From positions 1-29,719 of IMG/VR virus record IMGVR_UViG_3300044580_000546: a stretch of 29,719 nucleotides of DNA; one strand, 5' to 3'. Under the pieces are notes generated by a model. It ran no database searches. It was not told the origin of the DNA and saw only the letters and a list, made by a program, of their open reading frames with translations. Numbering within the stretch: the stretch's first letter is position 1; each line of letters starts with the position of its first letter. A program made the translations under genes and the position numbers. This document shows, one piece after another, positions 8,785-15,957 of the stretch. Source of the DNA: a virus (Duplodnaviria; Caudoviricetes).

Positions 8785-9621
8785 TCACTTCTTCCGCCCG
8801 ATCCCGCCGTACATGCGCGCGGCCAGGCTCTTCTCCTCCGCGCCGCCCGCGCGGCCGCCCGCCGCGTTGTCCGCCGCGGTCCCGCGCCCCACGCGGGCCA
8901 GCGCCTCGACGATGTCCGGGTCGCTCCCGAACGCCTCCACCGCCGCGAGCCGCTGGAAAAGCTCCTTCCCGAACACCGCCGCGCCGCCGCGCCGGGCCTC
9001 CGCCGCGAAACGCGGCAGGTCGGCCTTGAAGCGCTCTTTGCAGCGCTCCCGCATTCCGTCCAGCAGGTCGCGCTCCGCCTTCCGCGCCGCCGCGAACTGC
9101 GCGGAGACATGCTTCGCGTAGGCCCCGGCGATCTCGCCCGCCGCCGCGTCCGAGACCTTGTGTTTCATCAGGACGGGGACGACCGCCCTCACCGCGTCCG
9201 CGTCCCACGCGGGCAGGGTGCCGTCGCCCGCCCCGTCCGCCGCGAAGCCCTCCGCCGGCCTGATCTTCGCCGCGTAGGCGTCGACCTCCTCCGCGGTCGG
9301 CCCCGCGCCGTCTCCGCCTTCTCCGCCTTTGCCGTCCTTGCCGCCGCCGCCCTTGCCCCCCGCGCTGTCATCTGCGCCGTCGAGGATGCTCTTGCCTCCC
9401 GCGCCCTTGCCGCCTCCTCCGTCGCCGCCCTTGCCCCCCGCGCTGTCATCTGCGCCGTCGAGGATGCTCTTGCCTCCCTTGCCGCCCGCGTCGTCACCCG
9501 CGCTGCCGCCGTCGCCCGCGCTGCCCGCGCCGCCTCCGCCGCCGCCCGCGTCTCCGCCTCCTCCGCCGCCGTCGCCCGCCTCGTCCATCAGGAACCACCC
9601 GTTCATCTTTCTCGCGTTCAT
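8785..9621 (-). CDS. Scaffold-like protein, Gly/Asp-rich N-terminus
   Basis: ATG 9621 after AAAGGAG; low-complexity N-terminus; C-terminal FGSDPDIVEALARVG...KSLAARMYG; directly upstream of the capsid gene. Confidence 0.78.
   Translation of the reverse strand: MNARKMNGWFLMDEAGDGGGGGGDAGGGGGGAGSAGDGGSAGDDAGGKGGKSILDGADDSAGGKGGDGGGGKGAGGKSILDGADDSAGGKGGGGKDGKGGEGGDGAGPTAEEVDAYAAKIRPAEGFAADGAGDGTLPAWDADAVRAVVPVLMKHKVSDAAAGEIAGAYAKHVSAQFAAARKAERDLLDGMRERCKERFKADLPRFAAEARRGGAAVFGKELFQRLAAVEAFGSDPDIVEALARVGRGTAADNAAGGRAGGAEEKSLAARMYGGIGRKK
9345..9478. repeat. 56-bp direct repeat (9345-9400, 9423-9478) inside scaffold gene
   Basis: Two identical copies at 78-bp spacing encoding GGKSILDGADDSAGGKGG. 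Confidence 0.9.
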
Positions 9622-9623
9622 TG

Positions 9624-9971
9624 TCAGTCTCCTTTCCCGCCGGCGGCTTCCGCCGCCCGGATCTCCTCGTTCCACCTGGCCGTCAGGGCCGTGTTCTCGC
9701 GCATGGCCTCCGCCATCCGTTCCGGCGCGCAGCGGTTGCAGAACCCCAGCAGGTCCGCCGCTCCGTCGCGCCGCCCGCACGCGTACGCCAGCCGCACCGC
9801 GTCGCCGTCCGCGCAGCCCGTGCGCGACCAGACGCCGCTCTTCGCGAGCGCGGCCATCACCAGCCGCCTTCCCGCGGGCGTGGCCAGCACGGTCCGCGCG
9901 TCCTCCTCCTGCTGCCGCGCCCGCTCCCGCGCCTGCCGCGCCAGCACCTCCCGCACCCTGTCCTGGTTCAC
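9624..9971 (-). CDS. Bbp19-like phage protein
   Basis: GTG 9971 overlaps the portal stop; DARTVLATPAGRRLV...SGVW...AYACGRRD motif; lies between portal and scaffold. Confidence 0.78.
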   Translation of the reverse strand: MNQDRVREVLARQARERARQQEEDARTVLATPAGRRLVMAALAKSGVWSRTGCADGDAVRLAYACGRRDGAADLLGFCNRCAPERMAEAMRENTALTARWNEEIRAAEAAGGKGD

Positions 9972-11743
9972 AGCAGCCCTCCCCCCGTGCGTCCCGCCGC
10001 GCCGGCCAGCGCCTCCAGCGCCGTGCCGTCCCCGGCGGGTGTCTCGCTGAGCTTTTTCGCGGCGTCGGCGTAGCCGGGCGCCTGGCGGCCCGCCTCCGCC
10101 AACGCCGCCGCCTGCCTTTCCCTCTCCAGGTCGCGGGCCGCTCTCGCCCGCAGCTTCTCCACATCCTTGTCGGAACGGATCACCGAGCCGGGGACGCCCA
10201 GCGCCTCCGCCGCCTCGTCCAGGAGCTGCTCGAAATCGATCTTGTCGGCGGCGGCCGGCCTGACGGTCAGGACGCCCTGCGCGATGCTCATGAACCGCAC
10301 CACGCCGCCCAGCCGCGCCTCCTCCTGCTGCCGCATGTGGAGCGTCGAGACGTACTCCGCCTGCCACTCGCCGCCCTCCATCCCCGGAGGCGTCTCCGGC
10401 AGCAGCCCCTTCTCGGCCATGATCCAGAAGCACGCCTCGACCAGCGGGTCGAAGAGGCCGTGGTTCATGTTCGTGAGGACCGGGCCCAGCAGGCTGATCT
10501 TCTCGCCGCTCATCTCCTCCACCTGCCGCGCCGTCATCTGCACGCCCGTGAAGTTGGCCGTGTTGAGGATCGCGTTGAAGAGGTCGGCGTAGAAGACGCG
10601 CCGCAGCCGCGCCTCCACCTGCTGGATCTTGTTCTCCACGCCCGACACGTCCGGAAGCGTGTCGAACAGGGGATGGACGCTCCGGTCGCGCCCCATGCTC
10701 TCCGGGTAGTACGTGATCCCGCCGGGGAACGTGTTGATGGCGGCGCCCGCCATCCCGTCAGGGGCCGCCATCGGCGGGTCCACGCGCTGCGCGACGCCCT
10801 TGAGGCTGTCGCTCTCCAGCCGGTACAGCTCCCGCGCCTCCGGCAGGCCGATCCGCCCCGGCCCGATCCCGTAGACGCCGTTCACCACGTCCCAGCGCGG
10901 GCAGAGGATGGGGTTGTAGGCGTAGCTGCGGATGTCGACGATCCCCGATGTGTCCGCCCCGCCGCCGCACGTCCCGCCCTCGTCCGTCCAGTAGACCGAG
11001 GCGAACGCCCGCGACGCGTCCAGGTCCGGGAACCGTTCCCGGTCCGCCGGGCACACCAGGTTCCACACCCGGGTCCGCTCCTCGTCCCGCCCGTTCTCCA
11101 GCGCCTCCAGCGCGCGGTCGGGCGCGCGGGTCTCCCCGAACTCCTCCACCAGCTCCCGCGCCGTCATGGAGACGCGCCGCAGGAGCACGTCGATCCGCCC
11201 GCGCCGCGTCGAGGCCGCCCACCACGCCCCCTCGTCGATCACGAGGATCTCGAGGATGTCCTGCGGATGCTCGCCCGTCACCAGCCCCGCGCTGCACGAG
11301 AAAAGCCCGGTGTGCAGGAACATCTGCCCCAGCGCCCCGTAGGCGTTCGAGTTGTTGAGCATCCAGGACATGCCCCTCGTCGCCTTGTCGAACCACTGCT
11401 TGTGCGCCGGGTTCTCCGCCTGCGTGTCATCGCCGGAGCCGCCGCGCTTGAGGCGGAACCACTGGCGGCTCTCGTTCGCCGTGCCGCTCTTGAGCGCCGC
11501 CGCCATGCGGTGCAGCTCCGTGCGCGGCGTGGAGGTCATGATCTTCCGGTCGCGCAGCGTTGCCGCGGCGGCCTCGGGATCGTCGTCCCCATCGTCGAGG
11601 GCGCGCGCCAGGTCCGGCTCGAAGTGCTCGGCCAGCTCCCGCCAGATCCCCTCGTGCGGCAGCCGCTCGCGCTTGAGCGAGGCCGCCCGCTTGTCCAGCC
11701 ATCCCCGCAGCGCCGCCAGGTCTGTGTTGGGCCACAGCGTCAT
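9968..11743 (-). CDS. Portal (head-tail connector)
   Basis: Start at ATG 11743; WRELAEHFEP...PRWDVVNGVYGIGPG...DPPM...PGGITY...FYADLF...MTARQVEE...EKISLLGPVL. Confidence 0.92.
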   Translation of the reverse strand: MTLWPNTDLAALRGWLDKRAASLKRERLPHEGIWRELAEHFEPDLARALDDGDDDPEAAAATLRDRKIMTSTPRTELHRMAAALKSGTANESRQWFRLKRGGSGDDTQAENPAHKQWFDKATRGMSWMLNNSNAYGALGQMFLHTGLFSCSAGLVTGEHPQDILEILVIDEGAWWAASTRRGRIDVLLRRVSMTARELVEEFGETRAPDRALEALENGRDEERTRVWNLVCPADRERFPDLDASRAFASVYWTDEGGTCGGGADTSGIVDIRSYAYNPILCPRWDVVNGVYGIGPGRIGLPEARELYRLESDSLKGVAQRVDPPMAAPDGMAGAAINTFPGGITYYPESMGRDRSVHPLFDTLPDVSGVENKIQQVEARLRRVFYADLFNAILNTANFTGVQMTARQVEEMSGEKISLLGPVLTNMNHGLFDPLVEACFWIMAEKGLLPETPPGMEGGEWQAEYVSTLHMRQQEEARLGGVVRFMSIAQGVLTVRPAAADKIDFEQLLDEAAEALGVPGSVIRSDKDVEKLRARAARDLERERQAAALAEAGRQAPGYADAAKKLSETPAGDGTALEALAGAAGRTGGGLL

Positions 11744-11754
11744 GCCGTCATTCC

Positions 11755-11943
11755 TTATGCGGCGGCCCCGCCGCCGCCGATCCTGTCGCCTCCCGCGTCG
11801 AACCGCGTGTAGGTCGAGGCCAGCCCCCGCCTCAGCGCCTGCTGCTGCGCCGCCGCGTCGCTCGCCTCGGCGGACTTCGCCGCCGCGTTCTTCATCGGCT
11901 CTTCCGGCGGGGCCGCCTTCGGGATGCTCGGTGAACTGCACAT
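11755..11943 (-). CDS. Small virion-associated protein preceding portal
   Basis: GAGGAGG then MCSSPSIPKAAPP...RRGLAST, the usual pre-portal small protein layout of these podoviruses. Confidence 0.7.
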   Translation of the reverse strand: MCSSPSIPKAAPPEEPMKNAAAKSAEASDAAAQQQALRRGLASTYTRFDAGGDRIGGGGAAA

Positions 11944-11944
11944 A

Positions 11945-12091
11945 TCGACCTCCTCGTCAAATCTCGTCAAAGTTCCGCGTCACGCGATTCTTATCTCAAT
12001 TCCCGGGCCGGAAAGCAATATGCTCGTTTTGGTTATCTTTTGTCGGTTTTGGTTCGGCGGACGCATCTCAACATTAAGACTTTGTAATGTT
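11945..12091 (-). promoter_or_regulatory. AT-rich putative late control region
   Basis: Non-coding gap between terL and the structural operon; weak TTGCTT-N17-GATAAG; AACCAAAAC twice at 20-bp spacing; ACATTA-N8-TAATGT palindrome; TTTGACGAG twice. Confidence 0.55.
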
Positions 12092-13618
12092 CTAATCCCG
12101 CCCGTACGGATTCCACTCCGAGTTGCTCCGCGCCGCCGCGCCCTGCCGCTCCCCCGGCGGCTTCGGGAACCGCATCCCCGCGCACGCCGGGTGCTTCACG
12201 TTCGCCAGCGCGTCCAGCATGTCGTCGTGCGCCGCCACCGGATACACCGAGTACTCGTCCGAAATGAAATCCTGCACCAGGTCGCGCGTGTCCCCGGAGA
12301 CCGTCAGGTGGAGCAGCCGCCGCGGCAGCCAGAGCCGTCCCCCCTCGAACAGCGGCACCAGCCAGCCGATCCGGTCCGGCTTCGGCACGCTCTGCGGGAT
12401 CTCCTCCACCGCGAACCGGTAGTTCTCCCGGTTCTGCACGTCCCGCACGTGCTGCACGTCGCTCATCGCGCCCACCTGCTCCCAGAAGACGCGCAGCGGC
12501 CGCCACTTCCGGTGCAGCGCGAACAGCGCCTCCGTCCGCTGCACCAGGTCCATCCGGTCGCGCACGATGTCGAGGACGTAATAGTTCCCGTCGCTCCCCA
12601 GGCCGACCACCCACATCGTCGTGTAGTCGTTGTTCTTCCGCTTCCCGTTCGCGCTGTCGATGATGATGTAGACGTTGAGCGCCCGCCTGTCCGGCTCGCG
12701 GTCGCAGAACATCAGCCAGCCGTCCTTGAAATACCGCACGCCCTCGCCCGTCGGCTCCTGCATCATCTGCGCGGCGTACGTCCGGCTGCCCATCGACGTC
12801 CGTATCTTCGCCAGTTCCGCCTCGCTCATGAGCGTCGGCCGGCCCTCCGCGTCCACGCACAGCCGCCGCCGCTCGCGGAAGACGCCGCGGTTGAGGATCT
12901 CCGCGTACGTGTCCTTCACGTGATAGCGCGTCCCCGCGTACCACGACCGCCCCCCCTCCGTCACCGTGAGCGCGAGCGACCGTTCCCACGCGTCCGTCGT
13001 CTTGCGGATGATCTCCGGCGACGTGACCGCGTCCGCTGTCACCACGTCGTCATAAATCAACAGCCGGAAGTGCCGCCCGACCGGCTGGCCGTCCGTCAGC
13101 CCGCTCCCGAACACCGTCGGTTCCGGCGGGTTCGCCCGGCGCTTCACGATCAGCCCCTTCTCCGCGCTCCAATTGAGCTTCGGGGTTTTTTGGTGCAGTA
13201 TGTCCGGGAACAGCTCGCGGAGCGCGGGCTTTTCCAGCTCGCGCCGGATCTGGTCCACGAACGCCGTCGCCGTCGCCTTGTTGAACGACAGGATGCCGAT
13301 GGTGGTCTCCGGGTCGCGCAGGATCTCCTGGATGCTCCCGGCCTGCGTGATGATGGAGCTTTTGAAGTGGAACCGGCTCCACAGGTCCAGCCGCCCCTCC
13401 GGCTCCGCCTCCACCTCCCGGCACCGCTCGAAGCACCAGCGGTTCGCCATGTCCGCGCGCCCGAGGACGCACGTGGCCAGGAAGTACCGGTCGCGCAGGC
13501 ACAGCCACCGCACGGCGTCCAGCCCCTCCGCGCAGACGCCGCGGTAGAATCCGGCGATCCCCTCGAACGGCACGGCCCGCACCGTCCCGGACACCCAGCC
13601 GGTCGCGCCGCCCGTCAT
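12092..13618 (-). CDS. terL: Terminase large subunit
   Basis: SRFHFKS (Walker A-like), LLIYDDVV (Walker B), GTRYH, YAAQMMQEP, IIIDSA and HDDMLDALA nuclease motifs. Confidence 0.93.
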   Translation of the reverse strand: MTGGATGWVSGTVRAVPFEGIAGFYRGVCAEGLDAVRWLCLRDRYFLATCVLGRADMANRWCFERCREVEAEPEGRLDLWSRFHFKSSIITQAGSIQEILRDPETTIGILSFNKATATAFVDQIRRELEKPALRELFPDILHQKTPKLNWSAEKGLIVKRRANPPEPTVFGSGLTDGQPVGRHFRLLIYDDVVTADAVTSPEIIRKTTDAWERSLALTVTEGGRSWYAGTRYHVKDTYAEILNRGVFRERRRLCVDAEGRPTLMSEAELAKIRTSMGSRTYAAQMMQEPTGEGVRYFKDGWLMFCDREPDRRALNVYIIIDSANGKRKNNDYTTMWVVGLGSDGNYYVLDIVRDRMDLVQRTEALFALHRKWRPLRVFWEQVGAMSDVQHVRDVQNRENYRFAVEEIPQSVPKPDRIGWLVPLFEGGRLWLPRRLLHLTVSGDTRDLVQDFISDEYSVYPVAAHDDMLDALANVKHPACAGMRFPKPPGERQGAAARSNSEWNPYGRD

Positions 13619-14142
13619 GTCGCCGCGCCCTCCGCCGCCGCGTCAGCCGCCGCCCGCGCCGCCAGCGCGGTCGCCAGCGCCTCCACGTTGCGCGCGACGC
13701 TCTCCGCCGCCGCGCCCCCCGCCCGCACCGTCACGTCCCGTTTCTCCGGCGCGGCCAGCCCGAGCGACCGGTCCAGGTCCCGCATGGCCTCCAGCGCCAG
13801 CTTCTTGTGGCAGGTGTTCTTGGTCTTCTCGAAGATCTCGACCCGCGCCGCCGTGATCCGCGCCTTCAGCGCCTCCGCGTCCATGCCCGCGCGGTGCGCG
13901 AGGTTCTCCGTCATCCACGCCAGCCGCGCCCGGACCTCCGGCCGGGCCGCCAGCCGCGCCGCGTTCGCCCGCGCCGCCCGTCGGCTCGCCGTCCTGGGGA
14001 ACGCCGCCAGGTAAGCGTCCGTCGCGCTCTGCGGGTCCGCCCCCGCCCAGCCCGTCGCCTCCGCGCAGAACGCCTCCCACCGCCGCTTCTCCAGCGGCTC
14101 CGACCCGTCCGCGGCGGGTCGCCTCGTCGCGCCTTCGATCAT
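13615..14142 (-). CDS. terS: Terminase small subunit
   Basis: RWEAFCAE...SATDAYLAAFP...ARANAARLAARPEVRARL HTH motif; overlaps terL. Confidence 0.8.
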   Translation of the reverse strand: MIEGATRRPAADGSEPLEKRRWEAFCAEATGWAGADPQSATDAYLAAFPRTASRRAARANAARLAARPEVRARLAWMTENLAHRAGMDAEALKARITAARVEIFEKTKNTCHKKLALEAMRDLDRSLGLAAPEKRDVTVRAGGAAAESVARNVEALATALAARAAADAAAEGAAT

Positions 14143-14146
14143 CTGA

Positions 14147-14545
14147 TCACGGATCCTTCCGTTTGCGCGGGCCGCCCGCGATCAGCGCGTCGATCCTGTC
14201 TGCAAGGCATCCCGTGAGATAGTCGTCGATGTGCATCCACGTCCGGCACAGCATCGCCAGCGTCTGCACCAGTTCCGCGCGGGCGGCGGCGCGGTCCCCC
14301 TTGCGCGCCGCCTCAAAGAACTCCAGCAGCTCCTCGCAGATCACGCTGTAGGCCGTCGAGGTCCCCATCTCGTTGGTCAGCCGCACACGGCCGAGCTGCC
14401 TGTCCAGTTCGAGTTGGTTGAACGGGTATATCCCGTCCTGGAACCGGGGGGATTTCACGCACGCCCGCTCCAGCTCCTTCCCGGCGTCGCGGAAAAGCTC
14501 CGCAAGCTCGGCTTTATCGATCCTTGTTTCCAGTATCCTTGCCAT
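14147..14545 (-). CDS. MazG-like all-alpha NTP pyrophosphohydrolase-type protein
   Basis: VICEELLEFFEA...ARAELVQTLAM acidic helical pattern. Confidence 0.5.
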   Translation of the reverse strand: MARILETRIDKAELAELFRDAGKELERACVKSPRFQDGIYPFNQLELDRQLGRVRLTNEMGTSTAYSVICEELLEFFEAARKGDRAAARAELVQTLAMLCRTWMHIDDYLTGCLADRIDALIAGGPRKRKDP

Positions 14546-14548
14546 GTT

Positions 14549-14845
14549 TTAACCCTTCTCTTCGTTGTTTTCGTCGCAGCACCTTTTCTCAACGGCCTCG
14601 CAGATCGCCTGTTTCCCGGCCGGCCCCGCGATGACCACGCCGGACTCGAACCGGAACGCCAGCTTCCGCCGAGGCGACAGCCAGCCCGGCGCCGCCACGG
14701 CGCACTCCAGGACCGGCACGGCCTCCTCTTCCGGCTCGCCGCAGATGAGGCAGCCCTCTTCATAATCCGGGAACACCCCGACCACTTCCGCGCCGTCATC
14801 CAGCATCGGGTCGGCCATAACCGCCTTGAGTTCTCCAACCGTCAT
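14549..14845 (-). CDS. Hypothetical protein
   Basis: 98 aa; MTVGELK..D..DDGAEV start common in small phage ORFs; fits the operon spacing. Confidence 0.65.
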   Translation of the reverse strand: MTVGELKAVMADPMLDDGAEVVGVFPDYEEGCLICGEPEEEAVPVLECAVAAPGWLSPRRKLAFRFESGVVIAGPAGKQAICEAVEKRCCDENNEEKG

Positions 14846-14873
14846 AATCCGTGTCCTTTCGTGCTCACGCCCG

Positions 14874-15767
14874 TCACCAGTTCATCCACAGCACTTCCGT
14901 CCTTTTCACCGCCTTCTCGCCGCGCGCCGCCCGCTCCGCCCGCCGCCAGCCTGCGAGCGCGTCGTTGTACATCGGGCACGCGTAGCCGCTGACCGCCACC
15001 CGCGCCCTCACGCGCTCCCCGGTGATGGCGTCCAGCAGGGCCAGGTGGTCCGCCTCCTCGAATTCCAGCGCGTAGCCGTGGCCCCTGCACCGCGTGCTCC
15101 GGGGATAAGGCGGGTCGAGGTAGACCAGCGCAGCAGGGTCGTCCAGGTGGCGCGCCGCCGTCCCCGCCCAGCCATCACAGACAATTTCCGCTTTTGCCAG
15201 CTTCTCCCCGATCGCGGGGAGGTGGTCGTCGACGAGCCTGCGGAACGTCTCCACGCGCCCCGCGAAGCCGCAGCGGTCGCGGCCTCCGGTCGAGAGGGTA
15301 TACCTGCCCTTCCGGGACCCGCAGGAAATGCCGCCGAACGACCAGTGGGACAGCAGGAAGAAAGCGTCCGCGCGGTTGGCAGCGCGAGGATCAGAGAGCG
15401 CGTCACGCCATACGCCGAAGGCGTCGGCCCACAGATCCGGGTCTCGCGGCAGGCACTCGAAACCGGACAGGCACAGCAACCCCAGGGACGCCCGACGCAG
15501 AACGTTGACCAGCAGCGGGTCGGCGTCGGACAGCACCGACCGTTCCGCTAGCGGCTTGCGCAGGAACACGCTCGCCGCCCCCGCGAACGGCTCCACGTAG
15601 ACGCGGTGCTCCGGGAAATGCGAGATGATCCACGGCGCGGCGCGCCATTTCCCGCCGTAGTACCGCAGCAGCGGCCGCCTGACCTGGCGGTCGACGCCCG
15701 TCCCGCCGCCCGCGCTATCGTTTGCTATCACTTTCAGCCTCCGTTTCCGTTTCCGCGTCGAAATCAT
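14874..15767 (-). CDS. DNA adenine methyltransferase (Dam/D12 class)
   Basis: PLLRYYGGKW, YVEPFAGAASV, VYLDPPY, VSGY, TEVLWMN; exact start uncertain. Confidence 0.92.
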   Translation of the reverse strand: MISTRKRKRRLKVIANDSAGGGTGVDRQVRRPLLRYYGGKWRAAPWIISHFPEHRVYVEPFAGAASVFLRKPLAERSVLSDADPLLVNVLRRASLGLLCLSGFECLPRDPDLWADAFGVWRDALSDPRAANRADAFFLLSHWSFGGISCGSRKGRYTLSTGGRDRCGFAGRVETFRRLVDDHLPAIGEKLAKAEIVCDGWAGTAARHLDDPAALVYLDPPYPRSTRCRGHGYALEFEEADHLALLDAITGERVRARVAVSGYACPMYNDALAGWRRAERAARGEKAVKRTEVLWMNW

Positions 15768-15957
15768 CGAAATCCACCATCTCCGCCAGCCGCAGCAGGA
15801 TCCCCTCGCGGTCGGCCTTCACCCGCCGCAGCAGGTCGTCCGGCGGCCTGCCCGCCGTCAAGAGCGGGCGGAGCTGACCCCGCCGGGGGCGGAACACCAC
15901 CCCCGCCTCCACGCACTCGTCGATCAGCGCGTCGATCCTGTCTACAAGGCATCCCAT
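15715..15957 (-). CDS. Small primase-adjacent protein (TubC N-terminal docking-like)
   Basis: LIDECVEAGVVF...GQLR...PPDDLLRRVKADREGILLRL; overlaps the replication gene end. Confidence 0.55.
   Translation of the reverse strand: MGCLVDRIDALIDECVEAGVVFRPRRGQLRPLLTAGRPPDDLLRRVKADREGILLRLAEMVDFDDFDAETETEAESDSKR

Noticed and set aside
9968-11941. Extended starts in the ORF track for portal, and likewise scaffold, Bbp19-like, tube A and DHH
   Set aside because: Extensions overlap upstream genes; RBS-supported or coupled internal starts were used instead.
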